Assembly: GCF_006345805.1 (NCBI RefSeq)
Contig: NC_043002.1
Location: 56,854,001 to 56,918,000 of the forward strand
Source of the DNA: Octopus sinensis
Lineage: Eukaryota
Direction of reading: 5' to 3'
DNA length: 64,000 nucleotides
The position numbers were made by a program, and so were the translations under genes. Numbering within the stretch: the stretch's first letter is position 1; each line of letters starts with the position of its first letter. The notes below the pieces were generated by a model. The model was not told the origin of the DNA. It was given only the letters and a program-made list of their open reading frames with translations, and searched no databases. This document shows positions 26,596 through 36,611 of this stretch, one piece after another.

Positions 26596-27088
26596 TAACT
26601 TGAAATTGTATGATAGATTGCCGTCAATTCATTCTTTCTTACCTGTTTGTGTCTGCCTTCCAATTGCTGTTTTTACTGAGATCTCCCTTTTTAGTAGAAG
26701 AAATAGCTATAACTCTTTGACTGCTATTTCTAAATTCGGTATGTGGTGAGGCAATTCGTTGCTAAACCCTTTATTGCTTAGTATTACTTAAATTTTCCTC
26801 GAATGAGGCTTTTACATGCCGAAGACTACTTGGTGTAATTGATAATTATTCCAAATTAATTAATTTCACCCTTCATTATTACGGATAACCATATTTTATC
26901 TCAGTAGATGACCACAGCATCTTGTTTTGGCTACACGCGGGTGGGAAGGGGCTGGTGACACAATCTTTCCATTCACACATTGAATTCGGTGATACTAGTT
27001 GCGGATTCTAGCTCGCTCTGATACTGAGTTGAGTTGGTGCCTTCTAGTATCTCAAAATTCAATATTTAATCATTTATGATTATAGTAT

Positions 27089-27189
27089 TCTACGCTGAAG
27101 AGAAAAGAAGTTTTTGGTAAGATAGAATTATTTGATATTTAATTCTTATGCTTTCCTAAAAACTTGATTTCGAAACGTACGTCCGTAGA
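27089..27189 (+). ncRNA. Type I hammerhead ribozyme (intact core; predicted cleavage after C27183)
   Basis: Same sequence as the 25903 copy. Confidence 0.92.
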
Positions 27190-27470
27190 TAACTTGAAAT
27201 TGTATGATAGATTGCCGTCAATTCATTCTTTCTTACCTGTTTGTGTCTGCCTTCCAATTGCTGTTTTTACTGAGATCTCCCTTTTTAGTAGAAGAAATAG
27301 CTATAACTCTTTGACTGCTATTTCTAAATTCGGTATGTGGTGAGGCAATTCGTTGCTAAACCCTTTATTGCTTAGTATTACTTAAATTTTCCTCGAATGA
27401 GGCTTTTACATGCCGAAGACTACTTGGTGTAATTGATAATTATTCCAAATTAATTAATTTCACCCTTCAT

Positions 27471-27473
<3 letters not shown>

Positions 27474-27533
<60 letters not shown>
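27474..27533. repeat. (TA)n tract, right flank of the HHR array
   Basis: Pure TA run abutting the array end (…CATTATTA|TATA). Confidence 0.95.
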
Positions 27534-27538
<5 letters not shown>

Positions 27539-27785
27539 TTATATAGGAAGTAAGGCACAATGAAGAGTATTTACTGCATTTTTGACGTTCAGAAAAACAA
27601 TATTTTTTATAAATGTTTACATCCTTAAAAAAACTCTAACAACAAATGACCTTCTTCAAATGCATAAAAAACATTATAACATAATCGGAACACTATTTGA
27701 GAAAATTATTACAATTCTCTTTGAAAATATAAAACACAAAACAAGTCAGCTGAGATAAAGTGAATTTGCCTCTTCAATTCTTCAG

Positions 27786-27875
27786 AATTGCATGTGAAAA
27801 CCGCTTCATATGCATCAATAACCACTCTTAGATATCAGAAAGATCAGAAATGCATAAAAAATTCAAAATACCAAG
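27786..27875 (+). CDS. Candidate symmetric phase-1 exon (ELHVKTASYASITTLRYQKDQKCIKNSKYQ)
   Basis: Pyrimidine tract + TTCAG acceptor, AAG|GTAAAA donor, 90 nt open in the frame left by 24325-24410. Confidence 0.4.
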
Positions 27876-28134
27876 GTAAAATGAAAGGATCAGGGAGAAA
27901 TAGCTCACGATATGAAAATAACAAAACTTGATTAAATCAACATAAAATATTCTCTATAGCTTCTTTATGATCTGCTGGAATGGCTCTCTTCATCATATAT
28001 TTATGTACCCAACAGTTAAAGAAAAACAAATTATTGAAATTAGCTCATTTTGCACCACTTTAGACATTTTTTGAAAATTGAAAATTATGAAATTGAGGGA
28101 AAAAATTGATTGGACTCCAACAGAGAAAAGAATA

Positions 28135-28560
28135 TTCATCATCATCATCGTTTAATGTCTGTTGTCTATGCTGGCATGGGCTGGACAGTTTGACCAGGGC
28201 TGGTAAGTTGAGGGGCTGCACCAGGCTCTAGTCTGATTTGGCATGGTTTTCTACAGCTAGATGCACTTCCTAATGCCAACCATTCCAAGAGTGTAGTGGG
28301 TGCTTTCATGTGCCACTAGCACTGGTGTCGGTTTGCATGACACCAATATCTTCCACAACTATTTCATTTGGCTTGATAGGTCTTCTCAAGCATGTCGTTT
28401 GTCATTTTTTCCATAAAGCCCAGCATTTGGAAGGTACTTTTTGTGCCACAGGCATGGGTGCTAGTTACATGACACCAGCATTGGAGACATTGCCCAATGC
28501 TTGAATGGTGCTTTTTACATGCCATTGTCATGGGTGCCGGTTCTGTGACACCAACAATGA
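28135..28560. mobile_element. Abundant SINE/LINE-tail repeat (CATCATCATC-GTTTAATGTC...CCATGCTGGCATGGG family)
   Basis: Many copies, e.g. 21820-22040, 32440-32640, 49100-49290, 49950-50130, 50540-51010, 51690-52000, 52250-52515, 56700-57135, 59860-60130, 60700-60970, 61720-61945, 62040-62330. Confidence 0.75.
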
Positions 28561-29900
28561 CGACCACAGCTATGATTCTACTTGATGGGTCTTCTCAAGC
28601 AAGCATGGTATATTGCCAAATGTTTCGGTCACTGGTCATCACCTCCATGAGGCCCAACATTTGAAGATCATGCTTCACCACCTTGTCCCATGTCTTCCTG
28701 GGTTTACCTCTTACACAAGTTGCCTCCACAGTTAGAGTGTGGCACTTCTTCATACAGCTGTCCTCATCTTGCACACCACATCTATTGCCTCTTATGCCCA
28801 GCTTTTCTCTTACAACACTGACATTACACATTCAGCGAAGCATACTAGCTTCATTTATTACAAGCCTATGCATGTCCTTGCAAGTCACAGCCCATGTTTC
28901 ACAGCTGTTCGCACACAGGCATCATACAATCTGCCTTTCCCTCTGAGGGAGGAGCCCTTTATTACCAACAGAGGTAGGAACTCTGAAGTTTGCACAACCT
29001 ATTCCTCTATCAGCTATTCTCTCAGAGCATCCACTCCTGCTACTGACTTGGTCACCTAGATAACAGACGCTATGAACTACTTGAAGTTTTTTACCCCTGG
29101 CATTTGATGAAATCTATTTTCTGTACATTTTTAGTGTTGATTGTACCTGTGCATCTCCCACACTCAAGAACTATTTTCCCTGTTAACCTTCCTGTGATAT
29201 TGCTGCACCTATTATGTGTCCATAGCTTACACCAGGTACATCATATGGAAAATCTACCTACAGGTTGAGCAGGGCCATCTACCTGAAGGGATTTGTGATT
29301 TGTCTGCTTTCCTACTTACTAAGACTTTAGTTTTTGCTAGGTTAACTCTTCTCCCTGGCACAAAACCAAACTGCATCTCATCTACGCTAACTTTCTCCCT
29401 AATTAGTTGGGCTTAGAACCCCCACTCGGTGACTTCCATCACCTGATCCAACAATTTGATATCTCTGTAATTATTTCTATCTGAGGCATCACCTTTACCT
29501 TTGTAGTAGTTGACTATGGTGCTGCTATGTCAGTCATTGGGTATGACTCCTTTGTGCAACACCTGGTTAAGGGTGACTAGCCCATAACCTACACCACCAG
29601 TTATTTTAAGCATCTCAGCAGTGATTCCTGATAGGCCAGGGGCTTTCCTTGTCTTCATATCCTTAATTGCTTTATCTACCAAGATACTATCAATTTGAAT
29701 AGCTGGTCCCTCAGGTCAACATTTGGCACTCTCTTTCTCCCATTCATTTTCTTCATTTAGCAGTCTTTCATAATGGCATTTCGAAGAGTCTTTCTTTGTA
29801 GAATCATTAGATACAAGTGAACCATCATCCATGTGGACATATTTCTCTCCTATGGCACCATGATTTTCTCTCACACACTATCTTGCAGTCTGTAAAACGT
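28560..29900 (-). mobile_element. RTE-like LINE fragment
   Basis: Minus-strand C-terminal motif RGKPRKTWDKVVKHDLQMLGL..SDRNIW; upstream decayed RT-like sequence. Confidence 0.65.
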
Positions 29901-29930
29901 CAAGTATCTGGTCCTCACATCACAGAACAT

Positions 29931-30156
29931 TGGCAAACGAGCTGGCAGAATTGTTAGCATGCCGGATGAAATGCTTAGCATGTGTTTCATCTGTCTTTAC
30001 GTTCTGAGTTCAAATTCCGCTAAGGTCGACTTTGCCTTTCGTCCTTTCAGGGTTGATAAATTAAGTACCAATTATGCACTGGGGTCGATGTAATTGACTT
30101 AATCCCTTTGTTTGTCCCCTCTATGTTTAGCCCCTTGTGAGCAATAAAGAAATAAG
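29931..30156 (+). mobile_element. tRNA-derived SINE (GAGCTGGCAGAA..TTCTGAGTTCAAATTCCGCC family)
   Basis: Also at 39014-39230(+), 58160-58355(+), 23300-23710(-, two copies), 11060-11240(-), 37940-38060(-), 51310-51420(-). Confidence 0.75.
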
Positions 30157-30261
30157 AACATTGGCAAACTTCTTTTCTGCTACTCCCTTGACTAAACATA
30201 CCTAATTGGGAAATTACTATTTGTAAATCTCACAATGAGAGATATTCTGCAACAGTACTTT

Positions 30262-30613
30262 GGAGTAAAGATTATTTGCCAACATAATATGGCAGTCCTG
30301 GTTTAGGACGAATGTTGCTGTAATTTAGCCCTAGGAGACGTCACCAGCTGGCTACGTGACACAATCTGTGTTCTTATATTTTCAAACAAGGGAATCTAGC
30401 ACCCCAACTCAGCTCAAAACAATATCTGTAAATCGCAATACACAGATATTGTTTTGAGCTGAGTGGGGGGTGCTAGATTCCCTTGTTCGAAAATATAAGG
30501 ACACAGATTGTGTCGTATAGCCAGCTGGTGATGATGTCTCCTAGGGCTAAATTGCAGCAACATTCGTCCTAAACCAAGACTGCCATATTATGTTGGCAAA
30601 TGATCTTTACCCC
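30262..30613. mobile_element. Foldback/MITE-like element, ~170-bp near-perfect inverted arms with a ~12-nt loop
   Basis: GGAGTAAAGATTATTTGCCAACATAATATGGCAG...AATATCTGT mirrored by ACAGATATT...CTGCCATATTATGTTGGCAAATGATCTTTACCCC. Confidence 0.9.
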
Positions 30614-30924
30614 ATACCTAATTCGGTGAAAGTTAAGGAAAAGTTTCTTGGAAAAAAAATATCTGTCACTTGGCTATGTTCCAAACTCTTTCAACTGCAA
30701 CAAGAACTCTGCTGACCAATTTTTATTCCCAAAGATGATGCAATCCTTGCAATCTTATGATTTCAAACAGAGAAAATAACAAAAAATCAGAAATTACTCA
30801 TTTTACGTTGGTTACTAATTTTGTACCATCCCCCCTTTATATATTATCTCCCCTTCTTCCTAGCTCTCCTGTCTAACTACCTTTGTCCAGCCAGTCACCA
30901 TGATTGATTGCTATCTCTAAAGTT

Positions 30925-31280
30925 TTTTATTCTCTCTCTATTTGTTTTTTCTTATACCTTTCTATTGAAGGGCATAGCCTTGAAACGTAAAAGACTTTCT
31001 CACCTTCCCGAGCATCAAACTATTATACCTGCTTGTTGCTTATACACCTGTCTTCGTCTTTTGTTTTTCTATAAATTTCAACTATATATATATATATATT
31101 ATATATATATATATATATAGTTTTTTCTCTTCTTGTTTTTTCTGTGTCCCTTTCTGTAGAAGAGCATAGGCTTGAAACGTGAAAGACTTTTTCTATTCCC
31201 GAGCGTTATACTAATACATCTATTTGTTTTGTACACCACCTGTCTTCATATTTTGTTTTTTTCGTAAACTCTCCCTATAT
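30925..31280 (+). mobile_element. Two diverged short repeats separated by (TA)n, each with a degenerate minimal hammerhead motif (Penelope pLTR-like remnants)
   Basis: 30958-30993: CTTT-CTATTGA-AGGGC ata GCCTT-GAAA-CG-TA-AAAG. 31150-31185: CTTT-CTGTAGA-AGAGC atag GCTT-GAAA-CG-TG-AAAG. Confidence 0.6.
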
Positions 31281-31410
31281 ATACATCATCATCATCCATA
31301 TTTTAGCAATGTTTATTGTTCAACAAAATATTACTATGGAAGTATATATACCCCACATATTTTAGTCATGTTCTGGGTTAAACAAAAATATACCACTACT
31401 AATGTATATA

Positions 31411-31656
31411 CAGGGTTGGCCAAAAGTCACCTGACAGTAAATCAGAATCCCTTAAATACTTAATATTCAATTTTATTTATTCATTCCAATTATGAATGTT
31501 TAATAATTGAATGCCATAAGTTAAAATCACTGTTTTTCTCCTTTTTTCAACATTTATCCATTTATTAGCAAAGTCTTATATATAAATTTCATTGTTTTAA
31601 TCTTGGAATTAAAAGGTTTTCTTGATTTACTGTCAGGTGACTTTTGGCTAACCCTA
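31411..31656. mobile_element. Tc1/mariner-type MITE
   Basis: ~34-bp TIR CAGGGTTGGCCAAAAGTCACCTGACAGTAAATCA at both ends, TA flanks. Confidence 0.88.
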
Positions 31657-32710
31657 TATATATATATACACACACACACTCTACATATTTTAGCTAGGTT
31701 TATTTACTACTGGGTATATATATTGTTTGGTTCAATTCACTTATCTCCCTTTGTACAAAGTTATTTTCTTTTGCCAGGAAGACATCAAAATTGAATTTTA
31801 TAGGGACGTGATGGTCGTGACTTTCTCAAAGCATAGCTGCAGTAAAATGGATTCAGCATGTTTTGGACTTGTTTAGTTTTTGTTATAATTAATAATAATA
31901 TCGATTTATAATCCGTATATCCTGTCACACCTTCATCTCCCTCCGCCCCCTCTTCCACCTGGGAGGGGGGAATTGATGTTTCTCTTTTATAGCATGACAC
32001 CTGTTTCTGTCTCGCTTGTCTTACTTTAATCTGTCAACATCTGGCTTATGGTCACCTCCCTCAATACCCCATCCCCAGTCATTTGAGGGATCTTGTCTTG
32101 CAAATTACTTGGTGAACTCATTAGTGCCGGTACCACGTAAAGAGGACTCAATACACTCTTTGAAGTGGTTCAGCATTAGGAAGAACATCTAGCCATAGAA
32201 TCAATGCCACAGCAGACATTGGAACTTCCTGCAATCGCCTGGCTTGCTTGCTCCAGATGATCACTCCAACCGAAGCCAGCCTGCAAAATGGATGTTAAAT
32301 GATCACAAGGAATGCAGTACTAAGTTTGTCAGGTGTTGTAACTGACTGATATCATCAACAATTCGAGAAGACAATGAAAACTGGTTGCCTTGGTTTGATG
32401 GAAAGATTGACTGCCATCATCATTGTAAGGTCACCATCACCATCGTTTAACATCTGTTTTCCATGCCAACATGGGTTGGATGCTTTTACAGGAGCTGGCT
32501 ATCTGGAAAGCTGCAACAGGCTCCAATTGTCTTGGCTGGATGCCCTTCCTAATGCCAACCACTCTACAGAGTGTGGACTGGGTGCTTTTTACATGGTACT
32601 AGCACAGGTGCTTTTTTTTTGTGCCCCTGCTTTCATACAGTTTGTTTCAGAATTTTAGACATTTCAGAAGTTAGAAAGTCAACAGCATCATATATATATA
32701 TATATATATA

Positions 32711-33175
32711 TACTTGTATATGGTGTGTTGTAAATTTATGGAAAGAAATCCCATAAAACTCAACAATTTTGATAAAAGTGGAGAAGAGAAGATGTTAAAA
32801 TACATCAGAGAATTTTAATTCATGCAGGCAATCGTTTAGTTAATACCTAACTGGACTCACACATATCTTTCTTTCTCAAAAGGATAAATATGAATCTCCG
32901 AGATTCTATTCTGCTTTTTCCTTTCTTAAGTCCTTTGTAGAAATTTTGTTTATACTTCTTACACTAAAGACTACAGTGGTATATAATTAATTTAATTAAT
33001 TCTATCCAACCATGAATTTGCATGATTTTTATATTGCTGTACGATACGATCGACTGCATGAATTAAAATTTTCATATATATTCTGACATCTTCTCTTCTC
33101 CATTTTTATCAAAATTGTTGAGATTTATGGGATTTCATTCCATAAATTCACATAACACACCATGTACAAGTACTG
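32711..33175. mobile_element. MITE-like element with ~120-bp diverged inverted arms
   Basis: TACTTGTATATGGTGTGTT...TTAATTCATGCAG is mirrored at ~33055-33175 (…CATGTACAAGTACTG). Confidence 0.75.
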
Positions 33176-34177
33176 TTTTCTTATTCGCAACTTCACGCCA
33201 ATAAGCTAGCATCAAAATATGAAGAATCTATATTAGTAAGCGTTTTGGAATCCTCCAAATTATAGGACGAATCTAATTCAACCTTTTTACACACACACCT
33301 GTGTGGTAAGACGCTTGCTTCCCAACCACATGGTTCTGGGTTCAGTCCAAATGCCTGGCACCTTGACGAAATGTCTTCTACCATGGCCTTGTAAGTAGAC
33401 TTGATAGATGGAAACTGAACGAAGCCTGTCGTAAATGGTGTGTGTGTCTGTCCCCCACCATTGTTTGACAACCAGCATTGGTGTATTCACTTCCTCATAA
33501 CTTAGCTGTTTGGCAAAAGAGACTAATAGAATAAGTATCAGACATTAAAAAAATAAGCACTGGGTCGACTCATTTGACTAAAACGTCTTCAAGGCGATGC
33601 CCCAGCATGGCCGCAGTCAAATGACTGAAACATGTAAAAGAATATATAAATAAACACACACATATACTCAACGAGCTTCTTTTAGTTTCTGTCTATCAAA
33701 TCCACTCACAAGGCTTTGGTTGGCCTGGGGCTATATTTGCCTGAGGTAACATACAGTGGGACCGAACCCCAAACTTTGTGGTTGGGAAGTGAACTTCTTA
33801 ACCATACAGCCAGTTCTGCACCTAAATACATATAATTTTTTTTTTGTTTTATTAGAATTTAGGGTTTTAAAAACCTAGTTTTGTTTTTCAAAAGTTAACT
33901 CTTTCACCGCTTATTATTCTGTGTCGAGAGAGCCGTGGATTATTTTGATAAAAAGGAAAGAAAGAAACGAAATCAGAACAAGCAAAAGAATCAGTTATTT
34001 GAATAATGTAACAGTTGTTGAAATGCTGTGTGGTCACTTCATACACACACACATGGTTACTTAGCAACATGGTGGGTTATTTATTTTTTTTTTTTTCAGT
34101 TATTTGTGGCTCGAACAGTCAACAGATCAAAATACTCTAAAATACTTTGCTGGGACAAAAAAAAAACGTCTCTTTTG

Positions 34178-34262
34178 TTTTATATTTGTGAAGTGATTGG
34201 TTAATATTGGGTCGAGTACATCTTCTGATTGGACGGGGGTCAGAGGTGGGGGCAGGGGGATC
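34178..34262 (-). promoter_or_regulatory. Candidate promoter: CCAAT boxes 32 bp apart, TATA-like element, G-rich boxes
   Basis: GTGATTGGTT (ATTGG 34196-34200) and CTGATTGGAC (34228-34232); TATAAAA on - at 34178-34184; CpGs retained locally. Confidence 0.3.
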
Positions 34263-35253
34263 ATATCAAATGCATCTCTCTCTTTCTTCCTCCTATGTAT
34301 TATTATCTAACGTTCCCATCGTTGCTTGACAAAGACAGAGCTTTGTGTTTTCTCTCATGTTGGTGTCATTTAGTCTGCCTCATGTGGCTCATTACCTCCC
34401 CCCTCCATCTTTTGCTGCTTAATTCCACCTGCTTTTCTTTTTCTGTTTCTTTGTTTCCTTGCAATTAGATTGTGATAAAGTTTCCACTTAGAATTAATAT
34501 ATTATTCTACTTCAAAGTTTAGTCATATTATATTGCTTGTTCCTGAGGTCATATATATATATGTGTGTGCGTGTGTGTGTATACCTATGTACACACACAT
34601 ATATCTTCCTTTTAAATTTGTTTACGGGAAAACGTTTTGAATATGCAAATAAACCTGTTCTATTACGCTTGCCAGGGTCCAACGATGCTGACCGATGAAA
34701 CAGTTTTTCGGGGTTGCATTGAGCTGTACTGATATCGTGGCATTCCGTCGGTTATGACGACGAGGGTTCCAGTTGATCCGATCAACGGGGACAGTCTGCT
34801 TCGTGAAATTAACTTGCAAGTGGCTCAGTATTCCACAGACACGTGTTACCCTTAATGTAGTTCTCGGGGAGATTCAGCATGAAACAGTGTGGTGACAAGG
34901 CTGGCCCTTCGAAATACAGATACAACAGAAACAAGAAGAAAGAGTGAGAAAGTTGTGGTGAAAGAGTACAGCAGGGTTCCTTTGGGTGTTTTCGCTCAAT
35001 AAACACTCACAATGCCCCCCCCCCCCCCGGGCTGGGAATCAAAACTGCGAGTTCGCTGCTCTAACCACTGGGCCACTGTGCCTTCACTGTACTGATATAA
35101 TGTAGGATAAATATGGTAATAATAATAATAATAATATTTTCATGGAATTTATAAATATTTAATGCATAGCTTTATGGAAACGCACGTAGCGATGCATTAA
35201 ATGTTTAATAAATTCAACCCAAGGATTATTGTCATTATTATTATATATACATA

Positions 35254-35460
35254 CAGCAATCCCTCGACTATCGCGGGTGTTACGTTCCAAAACCTCACAC
35301 AGAAATAATTAAAATCTAAAAAGCTATAAATACTTGCGGCCGCAGGAAGCCGGATATACTGAGGAGTTCGTGTTATAAATAAATTTACATATATTTGCCC
35401 CGAAAAATCCGCGATGTACTGAGTGCGCGATAGGTTAACCATGATATGGCGAGGGACTAC

Positions 35461-35462
<2 letters not shown>
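35254..35462. mobile_element. Tigger/pogo-like MITE
   Basis: TIRs CAGCAATCCCTCGACTATC / CAGTAGTCCCTCGCCATATC, TA at left; related fragment at 38900-38988. Confidence 0.75.
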
Positions 35463-35495
<33 letters not shown>

Positions 35496-36189
35496 GAAAC
35501 AACCACTCGCCGATGTCCTCTCCAACTTCATTTCTATCTCCCATTTTAGACTTCTTTTATGTCATTTGTCTACGTCCAGCTTTCTCAGTGACCACCAGGT
35601 TATGTTAAATAACAAGGGTGGCATATACAGATAAATATTGTCTTCATCACTGATATATATATTACAAGTAGAAAGATATATTTTTTAATGCGTAAGTACC
35701 TATAGAACAGCATATATAGGATAAAACCTTACAGAGCAGAAAAAGATGCATTTCAGTGCTTCAAAAACAAATTTATGTTCGTTTACATATGACATAATAC
35801 ACACACACATACAATCAGCTATACATACATGTGTACATGAAGGGAGAGAAAGAAACCCATTCTGTAACTTTTTGTTTAAAGTATAACTTAAAAACTTTAT
35901 ATAAAGCTTAAATATGATTTAAGTCTCTGCTGGTGATTACTAAATTACTGCTACCAAACCGTTCTATTGAGTGGTTCAACAAACCTGACGCATTGCCCTG
36001 AAAATGATCCTATTTTTGAAAATAATTGAGGTGTTCAGAGCGTTAATCGATTCATGTCTTCGTTACAGGTGTGTGATGATAACGTTCAGATGTTTCATAT
36101 CTATAGCATAAGAAAGTAGGTAGTTCATGGGTGTGTAAGGGAGGGGAGAGAGTTGATTGGAGCAAGACCAGACTGGAGCAGCTTATTTG

Positions 36190-36611
36190 GATCTTTTCGG
36201 TTTGAATGGCAGTTTTTAACATAATTTCTAGTAACTAAAAAATTTTAAACTTAGTATACTGGTAGAATGTGTTTATAAAACATCATTTTCTCTTGGCTTT
36301 ATTGAGAAAATTCTATAGTTTGTAAGATATTTGTTGTTTTTTTCTTCAATTTCTGCAATTTCAACCAATCACTGACGTCCATTGAGGTAAACAACATTCT
36401 GTGCCGTATGAATATGTCCCTCGTTTAAGAAACAGATTGGGTTTATTTACATTTGTGAAGAAAAAAGATACCCTTCCCTCCACCCCTAACCCTAACTAAC
36501 CCGAACCCTAAAATAGATTGAAATGCAATAGATTGATACTAGAGTCATAATTATGGGTGACAATTTCATATGACGCCGCTAGAAAAAACTGCCGTTCAAA
36601 CTGAAAAGATT
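36190..36611. mobile_element. MITE-like element with ~28-bp TIRs and internal degenerate (CCCTAA)n
   Basis: GATCTTTTCGGTTTGAATGGCAGTTTTT ... AAAAAACTGCCGTTCAAACTGAAAAGATT; CCCTAACCCTAACTAACCCGAACCCTAA at ~36484-36511. Confidence 0.8.

Larger units (their letters stand above)
24994..27475. mobile_element. Retrozyme-like tandem array of 592-595-bp hammerhead-containing units (~4.2 units) with an internal inversion
   Basis: Left arm 24994-25819 (period 595, HHR sense on -), right arm 25817-27475 (periods 592 and 594, HHR sense on +). Units differ by only a few bases; GGA microhomology at the junction; no long ORF. Confidence 0.92.

Noticed and set aside
24994-27475. CRISPR array or rDNA/5S tandem interpretation
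   Set aside because: Units are ~595 bp and fully repeated with no unique spacers; no rRNA, 5S or snRNA sequence recognised.
31778-31876. Candidate + exon after TTTTGCCAG (EDIKIEFYRDV…)
   Set aside because: Only phase 0 gives a longer open frame, incompatible with the phase-1 end of 27786-27875; no clear donor.
36484-36511. Chromosome end or telomere fusion site
   Set aside because: Only 4-5 degenerate units, located inside a TIR-bounded element.
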